Origin: an uncultured Halobellus sp.
GTDB lineage: Archaea > Halobacteriota > Halobacteria > Halobacteriales > Haloferacaceae
Direction: 5' to 3'
DNA: 64,000 bases
Assembly: GCA_964538415.1 (NCBI GenBank)
Contig: CAZIFX010000003.1
Span: forward strand, 2,073 to 66,072
Shown here: positions 27,239 to 36,852 of the stretch, piece by piece
Numbering within the stretch: position 1 is the first letter of the stretch
How the letters are laid out: each line of letters begins with the position of its first letter
Position numbers and translations under genes: made by a program
The notes under the pieces: generated by a model
Told to the model about the DNA's origin: nothing
Seen by the model: the letters and a program-made list of their open reading frames with translations, nothing else
Databases searched by the model: none

Positions 27239-29716
27239 GTGACCGCCGCCGACCGGTTCGTCGAACGCGTCGACGAGCTCGTCACGAGCCGGCCGGGCGC
27301 GGTCGTCACCGTCTTCCTGTTGGTGAGCGTCGTCGCCGTCGGCGGACTGGGCGCCATCTCCACCGCCGCCGGGGCCGACCAGTTCACCGAGGATCTTCCC
27401 GCCCAGGAGGCGCTCGACGACATCGACGAGGAGTTCGAGACGGCCATCGGGAGCGACGCGACGAGCGCCCAGTTGGTCGTCGCGGACGACAACATCCTTT
27501 CGCGACCCGGACTGGTTCGGATCCTCGAGACGCAGGATCGACTGGAGTCCCGTTCGACGCTGCGGATCTCCTCGACGACCAGCCACGCGAACGCGATCGG
27601 ATCGCGGCTCGATCCGTCCGCGGAGACGCCCGGCGAACAGCGCGTCGCGGTCGAGGAGGCGACGCCGCGTGAGCTCCGGGACGCGATCGAGGGAGCCGAC
27701 GAGGTCGGCGCGGTCGGCGCGCAGGTGTCGACGGAGTACAACCCGACGGCCCAGCGGGCGGGCCACGCGATCGTCGGGATCAGCTACGACCTCCCCGGCG
27801 ACGCGACGACCGCGCGCGTGACGGAGCTACAGACGCGCAGCGTCGCGATCGTCGACACGGTTCCCGGCAACGAAGCCGGCGAGAACGCGATCCTCTTCGG
27901 CGACGGCATCCTCCAGTCGGAGATCAACGCTTTGTTGAACGACACCGCGATCATCGTCTTTCCCGCCGCGCTGCTCTTCATCCTCTTTTTCCTGCTTTTC
28001 GCCTACCGCGACCCGATCGACATGGGTCTCGGGGTCTCGGCGCTCCTGATGGCCATCCTCTGGACGTTCGGGTTCATGGGATACGCCGGGATCCCCTTCT
28101 CGGATGCGCTCATCACGGTCTTTCCCCTGCTTTTGGCCGTCGGCATCGACTTCGGGATCCACATCATCAATCGATATCGCGAGGAACGCCTCACGGGGTC
28201 CGGGATCGGAGCCGCGATGCGGACGACGACGGACCAGCTCGTGATCGCCTTCCTGCTCGTGACGATCACGACGGTGTTCAGCTTCGCGGCCAACCTCGGC
28301 AGCCCGTTCCAACCCAACCAGGATTTCGGGATCGTCGCCGCCGCGGGCATGGTCTTCACCTTCCTCGTCTTCGGGATCTACCTCCCGGCGGCGAAGGTGC
28401 TCGTCGACCGCTGGCGTGGCCGACTGCCGATCCCGGAGTTCGGTTCCACCCCGCTCGGGTCGGGCGGCTCACGGCTCAGTCGGGTGCTTCACGTCGGCGT
28501 CGACCTCTCGCGGATCGCGCCCGTCGTCGTCGTCGCGTTCGTTCTTCTCGCCGCCGCGGCTGGCGGCGCCTACGGCACCGGCGTCGACACCGAGTTCTCC
28601 GAGGAGGCGTTCTTCCCCGACGAGGACAGGTTGGAGGCCTACAGCCAACTGCCGGAGCCGTTCGCGCCGACCGACTACACGTTTCTGCGGATCCTGACGA
28701 TATTCGAGGAGGAGTTCGAGCGGGATTTTGTCGGCTCGGTGACGTTATACATCGATCAGTCGGTGCGGGATGACGACTCGCTGGAGCTGATCGACCGCAC
28801 GACCCGAAACCCGCCGGACACCTTCGAGTCGAGCGACAACTGGCGGGCAGACTCGACGAGCATCGTCACCGTCATCCAGGACCACGCCGAGCGCGACCCC
28901 GAGTTCCGGCGAACCGTCGAGGCGAACGACCGTCTTGGCAATGACGTCCCCGACCGCAACGTCGACGACGTCTACGACGAGCTGCTCGCGGCGGACACGA
29001 ACGCCCGCGGCTACATCGCCGCCGACCGCGGCAGCGCCCGGATCGACTACACGATCAAACCGGGCGTCGATAACTCGCAGGCGGTCGCCGACGTACGCGA
29101 ACTCGCCGAGCGCACGCCGCTCGAGGCGATCCCGACCGGATCGCTCGTCGTCAACGAGGCCGTCATCGACGTGTTGCTCGAGTCGGCGGTGAACAGCCTC
29201 TTCGTCGCCTTCATCCTCACCGCGGTCTTCCTCATGCTGTCGTACCGCTATCTGGAGGGGAAGGCCGTCTACGGCTTCCTCAACCTGATCCCGGTGCTTG
29301 CGACCGTGGGGCTGCTCGTCGGGACGATGCGGCTGCTCGACATTCCGTTGACGCCGATCAACGCGCCCATCCTCTCGGTCTCCATCGGCCTCGGCGTCGA
29401 CTACACGGTCCACTTCGTCCACCGGTTCGTCGACGAATATAAAGGCGGGGCGGCGATCGACGACGCGCTCGACGTCACGATCGGCGGCACCGGCGGCGCC
29501 CTCACGGGAAGCATGCTCACCACCGTCACCGGACTCGGCGTCCTCTGGCTCGCCGTCATTCCGCTGATCCAGGACTTCGGCGCGTTGCTCGCGCTCGGGG
29601 TCTTTTATGCGTACGTCTGTTCGATCCTGCTCGTGCCGTCGCTCGTCGTCGTCTGGGATCGGTATGGATCGCGGGTCGGTCTCGGACTGGAGGCGCTCGC
29701 GGACGGGAAGAACTGA
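27239..29716 (+). CDS. RND/MMPL-family transporter
   Basis: LAVGIDFGIH and IGLGVDYTVH motifs in two repeats; GTG start after GGAGG. Confidence 0.92.
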   Translation: MTAADRFVERVDELVTSRPGAVVTVFLLVSVVAVGGLGAISTAAGADQFTEDLPAQEALDDIDEEFETAIGSDATSAQLVVADDNILSRPGLVRILETQDRLESRSTLRISSTTSHANAIGSRLDPSAETPGEQRVAVEEATPRELRDAIEGADEVGAVGAQVSTEYNPTAQRAGHAIVGISYDLPGDATTARVTELQTRSVAIVDTVPGNEAGENAILFGDGILQSEINALLNDTAIIVFPAALLFILFFLLFAYRDPIDMGLGVSALLMAILWTFGFMGYAGIPFSDALITVFPLLLAVGIDFGIHIINRYREERLTGSGIGAAMRTTTDQLVIAFLLVTITTVFSFAANLGSPFQPNQDFGIVAAAGMVFTFLVFGIYLPAAKVLVDRWRGRLPIPEFGSTPLGSGGSRLSRVLHVGVDLSRIAPVVVVAFVLLAAAAGGAYGTGVDTEFSEEAFFPDEDRLEAYSQLPEPFAPTDYTFLRILTIFEEEFERDFVGSVTLYIDQSVRDDDSLELIDRTTRNPPDTFESSDNWRADSTSIVTVIQDHAERDPEFRRTVEANDRLGNDVPDRNVDDVYDELLAADTNARGYIAADRGSARIDYTIKPGVDNSQAVADVRELAERTPLEAIPTGSLVVNEAVIDVLLESAVNSLFVAFILTAVFLMLSYRYLEGKAVYGFLNLIPVLATVGLLVGTMRLLDIPLTPINAPILSVSIGLGVDYTVHFVHRFVDEYKGGAAIDDALDVTIGGTGGALTGSMLTTVTGLGVLWLAVIPLIQDFGALLALGVFYAYVCSILLVPSLVVVWDRYGSRVGLGLEALADGKN

Positions 29717-29770
29717 GTTCGGGGATGCCGGCACCGCTTCGGTGAACGCTCGTGGTGCTCCGAGGGGACC

Positions 29771-30919
29771 TCAGCGCTCGTCGATCGGCACGAACTCGGC
29801 GTCGGTCTCGCCGACGTAGCGGTACCGCGGCCGGAGGATGCGGTTCTCGCTTTGGTACTGAAGCACGTTCGCGATCCACCCGCCGACGCGGGACATCGCG
29901 AAGATGGGGGTGTACAGGTCCATCGGGATGCCGAAGTGGTCGTAGACGGAGCCGGAGTAGAAGTCGACGTTCGGCGCGATTCCCTTCTCGTGGAGGCCCT
30001 CCTCCTCGAGGTACGCCTCGATCGAGGTGGTGTATCGAAGCCACTTGTCGTCGCCGTCGGACTCCGAGAGGTCACGGAGCTTGTCCTCGAGGATGGTCGC
30101 GCGCGGGTCCTTCACCTTGTAAACGCGATGGCCGAATCCGGGGATGTGTCCGCCCGCCTCCCGTCGGTCGGCCGCCCATTTGACCGGATCCCTCTCGGAG
30201 GCGTCGATCTCGTGGAGCATCTCCATGACGTCCTGATTTGCGCCGCCGTGAAGCGCGCCGGAGAGGGCGCCGATCCCGCCGACGATACAGGAGTAGATGT
30301 CCGCCATCGTTGACCCGATCACCACTGCCGTGAACGTCGAGGCGTTGAGACCGTGCTCGGCGTGGAGGGTGAGCGCCATGTCCATCGTCTCCTCGCTGAC
30401 GTCGTCGGGCTTCGTGCCCGTGAGCATGTAGAGGAAGTTGCCGGCGTGTGAAAGCTCCGGGTCGGGTTCGATCGGCTCCTCGCCCTGCCGTGCCCGCTCG
30501 AAGGCCGCGAGGACGGTCGGGAGCTTCGCCGTGACGCGGCGACCCTTTCGGAGGGAGACGTCGGCATCCTCGGCCTCCGCGTCCGCGTCCGGATCGTACG
30601 CCGAGAGCATCGACGTCGCGGTCCGCAGCGCCGCCATCGGGTGCTCGCCCGCGTTCGCGAGGGTGACGACCACGTCGAGCACGTCGTCGTCGACGGCGCG
30701 TTCGGCCGCGAGGCCGGAGCTGAACTCCGAGAGCTCGGCTCGGGTCGGGAGGTCGCCGTGCCACAGGAGATAGAGGACCTCCTCGTAGGTCGCCTCGCGC
30801 GCGAGCGTCTCGATGTCGTAGCCACGATACACGAGCTTGCCGACCTGCCCGTCTACGTGGCTCAACTCGGACTCCGCGACGAGAACGCCCTCCAGCCCTC
30901 GCTTTAGCTCGTCTGACAT
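29771..30919 (-). CDS. citZ: Citrate synthase
   Basis: GLEGV, HAEHGLNAST, LHGGAN, GFGHRVY, PNVDFYSG. Confidence 0.95.
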   Translation of the reverse strand: MSDELKRGLEGVLVAESELSHVDGQVGKLVYRGYDIETLAREATYEEVLYLLWHGDLPTRAELSEFSSGLAAERAVDDDVLDVVVTLANAGEHPMAALRTATSMLSAYDPDADAEAEDADVSLRKGRRVTAKLPTVLAAFERARQGEEPIEPDPELSHAGNFLYMLTGTKPDDVSEETMDMALTLHAEHGLNASTFTAVVIGSTMADIYSCIVGGIGALSGALHGGANQDVMEMLHEIDASERDPVKWAADRREAGGHIPGFGHRVYKVKDPRATILEDKLRDLSESDGDDKWLRYTTSIEAYLEEEGLHEKGIAPNVDFYSGSVYDHFGIPMDLYTPIFAMSRVGGWIANVLQYQSENRILRPRYRYVGETDAEFVPIDER

Positions 30920-31035
30920 GCGCCAATGGTTTCGCCCACCCTCCAAAAAGCGTTATCTTTCAGGAGGGACTCATTACGTCGATCGTCGAACCGGCCGGAG
31001 TCGAACGGCGTTCCGTCGAGAGTTAAACCGGACGG

Positions 31036-32922
31036 TCAGCGAGCTGGGACGACGGTGATCGTTCGTTTCCGGTCGATCGCGTCCTCGAGCTCCTCGGCGA
31101 TCGCGGAGCCGCGTGACACCTGCACCTCGCCGCCGCGGCCGACCGTGGCCGTAAAGAGGTACTCGCCACCGGCTCGTACCTCGACGGTCTCGCCGACGCC
31201 GCCGTCGACGTCGATGACGACGTGTCGGGAGGTGATCTCGGGTTGAACGACGGAGCCGCGCTCCTCGCCGACCTGAGCGCCGTCGCCGCCGGCGCCACCC
31301 GACCCGCCCGATCCACCGTGGCCGCCCGCGTCGCCGGGCTTCTCGTCGTGGGTTCGGACGTCGATGTCGATCCCCAGCCGCTTTTCGATGTCGCCGATCC
31401 GGCCGCCGCCCTTGCCGATGACCGTCGCGATGTCGCTTTCCTCGACGTAGACGACCGCGTCGTTTTGGCCCTTCAACTCGACGTCGACGTGGCCGCGAGC
31501 GACCGAGCGGATCTCGCGTTCGATCTCCTGTTTGGCGATCCGGCCGACGCCCGACTCCGGTTCGTCGCCGTCCTCGTCCAGCGGCACCGTCACGACCTGC
31601 CGGTTGAACGTGTAGATCTCGTAGGCGGGTCGCCCCGTCTCGAAGTCGGTCACCTGAATGACGGGGCGCGCGAGGTCCTCGGCGGTGAGCCCCGCGGGCA
31701 CCTTCACCTCGGTGCCGACGTCGTAGACCGTGTGGACCTCGCCAGCCTCGATGTAGACGACGGTGTCGACGATCTGCGGGATCATGCCCAGCTCGACCCG
31801 GCCCACGAGCCGCTGGAGCGCGTCGATGGCGCGGGAGGCGTGGACGACGCCGACCATGCCGACGCCGGCCATCCGCATGTCGGCGAAGACCTCGAAGTCG
31901 TTCGTCTTGCGGACCTCGTCGTAGATCGTGTAGTCCGGCCGAACGAGCAGCAGCGAGTCGGCGGTCTGCTCCATCGAGCCGCCGAGCGCGCCGTACTGGG
32001 TGATCTCCGGGCCCACCTGCAGGTCCCGCGGCTTCTCCATCGTCTTCACGGCGTAGTCGTTCTCGTTGAGGAACTCCGCGACCGCCTGTGCGAACGTCGA
32101 CTTGCCGGCCCCGGGCGAGCCGGAGATGAGCACGCCGCGTTTCCGCTCGAGGAACCGCTCGCGGAGCTCGTCGGCGAACTCGTAGTCGTCGAGGACGGTC
32201 CTCGCGATGGGGCGGACCGCCGTGATCTCGATGCCGTCCGAAAAGGGCGGCCGGGCGACCGCGATCCGGTAGTTGCGGTACTGGACGACGTCCATCCCGT
32301 CGTTCGAGAGCTCGATGAACCCCTCGTTCGACTGGCGGGCGAGGTTGACGATGGCGTTCGCCCACTCGCGCATCTGCTCCTCGCTCGTCGGCTCGCCGTC
32401 GATGGCCTCGTAGCGCATCTCGCCGAGCGTCCCCCGTTTCGCCTTGGGCTTCGTCCCCGACTTGAGGTGGACCGACATCGTCTCGTCGGTGAACAGCTCC
32501 TCGATGGGAAGCTCGTCGACGACGCCGCGGGCGACCGGCTCGACGTACTCGACGGCGATCCCCTTCGCGCGGGCGACCTCCGTCTGGACGATGTCGCTCG
32601 ATAGGAGGGTGGCGTCGTGTTCGGCGGCGACCTCGCGGATGATCGCGTCGATGTCGCCCTCGCTCGCGTGCTCGCGCGCGCTCGCTCCCGGTCGCCCACC
32701 GAGGTATCGGAGCTCGATCGTTCCCGCGTCGGCGTGTTCGGCGAGCCGTTGTAGCTCCGAGAGCCCGTCCCACCCGGAGTCGAGCCCGTCGTTCGCCTGC
32801 GACTCCAACTCGCCGACGACCGCCTCGGGGACGAGCACGGATGCGCCCTCGTAGGTCCCGTCGTCGACCCGCTCGGACACGCGGCCGTCGATGACCGCAC
32901 TGGTGTCCGGTACTACGTTCAT
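31036..32922 (-). CDS. PIN-domain + ATPase + KH protein (PINA)
   Basis: VPDTS PIN start; GSPGAGKSTFA; RPDYTIYDE; VIGKGG KH motif. Confidence 0.92.
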   Translation of the reverse strand: MNVVPDTSAVIDGRVSERVDDGTYEGASVLVPEAVVGELESQANDGLDSGWDGLSELQRLAEHADAGTIELRYLGGRPGASAREHASEGDIDAIIREVAAEHDATLLSSDIVQTEVARAKGIAVEYVEPVARGVVDELPIEELFTDETMSVHLKSGTKPKAKRGTLGEMRYEAIDGEPTSEEQMREWANAIVNLARQSNEGFIELSNDGMDVVQYRNYRIAVARPPFSDGIEITAVRPIARTVLDDYEFADELRERFLERKRGVLISGSPGAGKSTFAQAVAEFLNENDYAVKTMEKPRDLQVGPEITQYGALGGSMEQTADSLLLVRPDYTIYDEVRKTNDFEVFADMRMAGVGMVGVVHASRAIDALQRLVGRVELGMIPQIVDTVVYIEAGEVHTVYDVGTEVKVPAGLTAEDLARPVIQVTDFETGRPAYEIYTFNRQVVTVPLDEDGDEPESGVGRIAKQEIEREIRSVARGHVDVELKGQNDAVVYVEESDIATVIGKGGGRIGDIEKRLGIDIDVRTHDEKPGDAGGHGGSGGSGGAGGDGAQVGEERGSVVQPEITSRHVVIDVDGGVGETVEVRAGGEYLFTATVGRGGEVQVSRGSAIAEELEDAIDRKRTITVVPAR

Positions 32923-32995
32923 ACTCGGACTGCGGGCGGGAGCCGTATAAGCGTGTTCGACCGCGAACGAGCCAAGCGATCCGAACCACCTCGTG

Positions 32996-33054
32996 CGACC
33001 GAAACGCATCCAGCTTCTCGACCGAAACGCATCCAGCTTCTCGACCGAAACGCA
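32996..33054. repeat. 23-bp tandem repeat (about 2.5 copies) in a divergent promoter region
   Basis: CGACCGAAACGCATCCAGCTTCT x2 plus a partial copy. Confidence 0.9.
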
Positions 33055-33113
33055 CCCGTCTCGAGCGATCGAAACGCAAGGTCGAAACCCCCCGCCACCG
33101 AAGCGGGATTCAG

Positions 33114-34136
33114 ATGTTCCCCCGCGAGTACCGCGGCGTCGCCTTCGCGGTCGGCCTGTTCGTCATCGTCCAGCTGGGCGCGCTCGCGCTCGTCCCCTCG
33201 TTCGCCGAGAGCGGCTACCAGCCGGTCGAGGACCCACAGGACCCCGTGAACAGCCTGATCTACATCGTCGCGATCATCGTCATGACGGGGCTCATGCTCG
33301 CGGCGTTTCGCTACGAGTTCGACTGGGCGATCCGGCTGCTCATCGTCGGCGTCTCCGCGTGGCTCTCCTGGTACGTCTTCGCCGCGATCGTCTCACCCCC
33401 CGTCGCCGCCATCCCCGCGATCGCCGTCGCGGTCGGGCTGCTCGTCCATCCCGAGTGGTACGTCATCGACGCGGCCGGCGTGTTGATGGGCGCGGGCGCC
33501 GCCGGCCTCTTCGGGATCACCTTCGGGCTCCTCCCCGCGTTGATCCTGCTGGCCTTCCTCGCCGTCTACGACGCCGTCTCCGTCTATGGCACAGAGCACA
33601 TGCTCTCGCTCGCGGAGGGCGTGATGGACCTCAACATCCCCGTCGTCCTGGTGATCCCCCTGTCGCTTTCGTACTCGCTTCTCGACGACGACTTCGCCGG
33701 CGCGGCGGACGTCCACGAGGACGCGGACGGCGAGGCGGACGAGGCGGCTGGTGAGGCGGACGAGGCGGAAACCGAGACCGACGACGGCGACGATGCGAGC
33801 GATGGCTCCCGCGACGCCCCCGAGGACGGCTCACGCGACGCGTTCTTCATCGGCCTCGGCGACGCGGTCATCCCGGCGGTGCTCGTCGCCAGCGCGGCCA
33901 CGTTCTCGCCCGCGCCGATGCTCTCGGTGCCGGTCATCGGGCTCAACCTCCCCGCGTTGCTCGCGATGGTCGGAACGATCGCCGGGCTGCTCGTGCTCAT
34001 GAGCTGGGTAATGAAGGGTCGCGCACACGCCGGACTCCCGCTTTTAAACGGCGGCGCCATCGGCGGCTACCTGATCGGCTCGCTCGTCGCCGGCGTGCCG
34101 CTGCTTGACGCCGTGGGGCTGGCGGCCTTTATATAA
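33114..34136 (+). CDS. Presenilin/SPP-family intramembrane aspartyl protease
   Basis: AVYDA, FIGLGD (GxGD), HAGLPLLN; multiple TM helices. Confidence 0.92.
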   Translation: MFPREYRGVAFAVGLFVIVQLGALALVPSFAESGYQPVEDPQDPVNSLIYIVAIIVMTGLMLAAFRYEFDWAIRLLIVGVSAWLSWYVFAAIVSPPVAAIPAIAVAVGLLVHPEWYVIDAAGVLMGAGAAGLFGITFGLLPALILLAFLAVYDAVSVYGTEHMLSLAEGVMDLNIPVVLVIPLSLSYSLLDDDFAGAADVHEDADGEADEAAGEADEAETETDDGDDASDGSRDAPEDGSRDAFFIGLGDAVIPAVLVASAATFSPAPMLSVPVIGLNLPALLAMVGTIAGLLVLMSWVMKGRAHAGLPLLNGGAIGGYLIGSLVAGVPLLDAVGLAAFI

Positions 34137-34141
34137 ACTCA

Positions 34142-35314
34142 TCAGTACCCGGTCCCGAGCGCCTGGTTTCCCACGATCACGAGGAAGGCCACGCCGAAGA
34201 GTCCGGCGAGGGTCGCGAAGGCGACGTCCCAGCCGAACAGGTCGGCGGTGAGGCCGACGCCGACCGATCCCGCGGATCCGAGCACGGCGTAGACGGTGCG
34301 GACGAGCCCGAAGCCCGCGCCGCGTTCCGCGTCGCCGAGCGCGTCCATGAATCGCGGGTCGATCGCCGAAAAGAAGCTCGATCCGACGCCCGCCAGCAGA
34401 ACGCCCGTCACGACGCCCGCCCCGGGCGGCGCGACGACGGCCACGGCCAGTCCGATCGCGCCACACGCCATCGCCCCGCCGATGGCGGCGTCGCGCCCGA
34501 ACGCGTCGGAGAGTCGGCCCAATCCGATCTGGGCGACGGCACGGATCACGAAGAACGCCGAAAAGAGGACGCCCGCGAACGCGGGCGAGTAGCCGTGGAG
34601 GTCGACGAGAAACGTCGGCAGGAAGGACATCACGCCCTGCACGACGTACGTGCCGGCGATGGCGACGACGAGCGGCAGGAGGATCGTGGGACGCGAGAGC
34701 AGTTCGGCCAGCGGGCCGGGACGCAGGCGGTCCCGCATCGGCTGGTCCGGACGGCGCGGCTCGGTCGGCCGAACCCGCCAGGCGAAGTAGACGAAGATCG
34801 GGACGCCGACGACGGCGGAGAGCGCGACCGCCGGCCGCCAGCCGTAGCGAACGCCGACCCATGCCGCCGCGATCGGCGCGACGAGCCCCGCAAGCGGGCC
34901 GCCGACCGAGTGCAGCCCGATGGCGGTGCCGATGTCGTCGTACGTCCGCGAGAGCAGCGTCGTCGCCACCGCGTAGTGGAGCCCGGCGGCGAGTCCCAGA
35001 AGCACCGCCGCGAGCAGAAACGCGCCGTAGACGGGCGTGAGCGCGAGCACGAGGCTCATTAGCGTCGATCCGCCGACCGCCAGCAGGATGATCCGACGCT
35101 CGCCGTAGCGGTCGGCGAGGATGCCGCTCGGGAACTGGGAGATCCCGTACGCCAGCCACATCCCCGAGAGGGCGATCCCGATCGCCGTGTTCGAGACCTC
35201 GAAGTCCGCGGTGATGAACGGGACGACGGGGCTGATCGCGAGGCGGGCGAAGTAGGTGACGAAAAACGCGAGCAGACAGGCTAAAAGCACCGTGTGCCGG
35301 TACTGCCAGTTCAC
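34142..35314 (-). CDS. MFS transporter
   Basis: GILADRYGERR and GRLSDAFGRD motif A; about 12 TM helices; GTG start at 35314. Confidence 0.92.
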   Translation of the reverse strand: MNWQYRHTVLLACLLAFFVTYFARLAISPVVPFITADFEVSNTAIGIALSGMWLAYGISQFPSGILADRYGERRIILLAVGGSTLMSLVLALTPVYGAFLLAAVLLGLAAGLHYAVATTLLSRTYDDIGTAIGLHSVGGPLAGLVAPIAAAWVGVRYGWRPAVALSAVVGVPIFVYFAWRVRPTEPRRPDQPMRDRLRPGPLAELLSRPTILLPLVVAIAGTYVVQGVMSFLPTFLVDLHGYSPAFAGVLFSAFFVIRAVAQIGLGRLSDAFGRDAAIGGAMACGAIGLAVAVVAPPGAGVVTGVLLAGVGSSFFSAIDPRFMDALGDAERGAGFGLVRTVYAVLGSAGSVGVGLTADLFGWDVAFATLAGLFGVAFLVIVGNQALGTGY

Positions 35315-35423
35315 GCCCGCCCCTCCACCGAGCGACCTCGCGACGATCGCATGGCTCGCGGTTCGCCGTCGGGGGTGATGTACCCACGGATACCGGAGGG
35401 AATTCCGGCTTCCGTGCCGGCGT

Positions 35424-35927
35424 TCACCGGTCGTCGACGCCCGCACGCACCTTCACGCCGACGCCCGACTCGAACGCTAAAAGCTCGCCGCCGGAGAGCT
35501 CCGCGCGGCCGACGGCGAACAGGGCGTCCTCGTCGTCGACGACGAGCACCTCGTCGCCGGGGCGGATCCCGCCGTCGGCCGCCGTGACGAACTTCGCGAA
35601 CGCGTTACGTCCCTCCCGGACGAACGGCTCGCTCTCCTCGCCGACGACGACGCGGTGGCGCGGCGGGTCGAACGCCGCCCGCAGCCGTCGACCGCCCGTC
35701 TCGCCCAGCGTGAACCGGCCGTCGGTGCCGTACGAGACGATCCGGTCGCCCTCGGAGCTGCCGGGCGTATCGTCCACGTCGCCGTCGATCACCTGCCGCG
35801 GGCGGCCGCCGCTCGACCGCCGAACCGTGATCGGGGTACCGGGCGGGAACAGCGCGTCGCCGGCGCCCGCGCCGAACTGGTAGTCGGCGCCGGTTCGCAG
35901 GTCCGACAACGTCTCCTCGTCGGTCAT
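35424..35927 (-). CDS. PUA-domain RNA-binding protein
   Basis: ADYQFG, FVREGRNAFAKFV, IRPGDEVLV, GVKVR. Confidence 0.88.
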   Translation of the reverse strand: MTDEETLSDLRTGADYQFGAGAGDALFPPGTPITVRRSSGGRPRQVIDGDVDDTPGSSEGDRIVSYGTDGRFTLGETGGRRLRAAFDPPRHRVVVGEESEPFVREGRNAFAKFVTAADGGIRPGDEVLVVDDEDALFAVGRAELSGGELLAFESGVGVKVRAGVDDR

Positions 35928-35975
35928 GCGAGGCCGTTGCCGGGGGAGGCGCAAAGCGGTTGCGACACGGACCGG

Positions 35976-36188
35976 CTACCGGTGAGCTTCGACCGGGAGA
36001 TACCGCACACGAAACACGGCGAGAACGGCGAAGACGCAGAGTCCCACGAGCGCGCCGAGCGCGATGCTGCCGAGGAACCTGCCGACGGAAAGCGAGATCG
36101 CCATCACGAATACGAACGGCAGCGCGAGGGCGCCGACGGCGGCGTCGAATCGCTCGGGGTCCACGTCGTCGAAGGGTGCGGGCGCCAT
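35976..36188 (-). CDS. Small 2-TM membrane protein
   Basis: MAPAPFDDVDPERF...; TGATG coupling to the NYN gene. Confidence 0.6.
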   Translation of the reverse strand: MAPAPFDDVDPERFDAAVGALALPFVFVMAISLSVGRFLGSIALGALVGLCVFAVLAVFRVRYLPVEAHR

Positions 36189-36685
36189 CAGAGGAGAAAT
36201 CGGTCCTCGCGGTCGGCCAGATCGATGAACTCGTCGACGGCATCGATCAGCTCCTCGGCGGCCGAGCTGCCGAACGCCATCGCCTCGACCCGGACGCCCT
36301 CGTGTCTGAGGTGCGAACAGAGCCGGGCGAAGTCGCCGTCGCCGGTACACAACACGACTGCGTCGACGTGACTCGCGAGCGTGACCGCGTCGAGGCTCAT
36401 CCCGACGTCCCAGTCGGCCTTCTTCGACCCGTCCGCGAACGTCTTGATCTCCTTGATCCGCGTCTCGAAGCCGATGTCGCGGAGCGCCTCGAAGAAGCTC
36501 TCCTCGTCCGGAGAGTCGGCGCGGATGACGTACGCGACGGCGCGGACGAGTGCCCGATCGCGGACCGCCTCCGTCAACAGCGCGTCGTAGTCGATCTTTC
36601 GCGAATAGACGCTCTGGGAGGTGTGATAGAGGTTCTGTGAGTCGGCCAGCACCGCGACGCGTTGGTCGGGATGGATCTCGGTCAT
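36188..36685 (-). CDS. NYN (LabA/DUF88) domain protein
   Basis: LADSQNL, KADWDVGMSLD, TGDGDF. Confidence 0.92.
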   Translation of the reverse strand: MTEIHPDQRVAVLADSQNLYHTSQSVYSRKIDYDALLTEAVRDRALVRAVAYVIRADSPDEESFFEALRDIGFETRIKEIKTFADGSKKADWDVGMSLDAVTLASHVDAVVLCTGDGDFARLCSHLRHEGVRVEAMAFGSSAAEELIDAVDEFIDLADREDRFLL

Positions 36686-36852
36686 ACGAACCCGTGCGTC
36701 GGAGCGGCTTAGGAGTTTCCGGATCGTGAGTGGCCCCGGTCCGGACCCTTGGCGGCCACAATCCGCACCCACAGGGGCTCCCGTTCGAACGAGGAGCGAC
36801 GGTTTTCAACCGGTGTAGTAACCGTTTTCCGAGATACCGACGAATCCCCGGT

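Noticed and set aside
30974-33079. 701-aa overlapping ORF and similar long Arg-rich alternative or antisense ORFs throughout
   Set aside because: These are shadow frames expected from high-GC codon bias; their composition is basic, unlike the acidic proteome.
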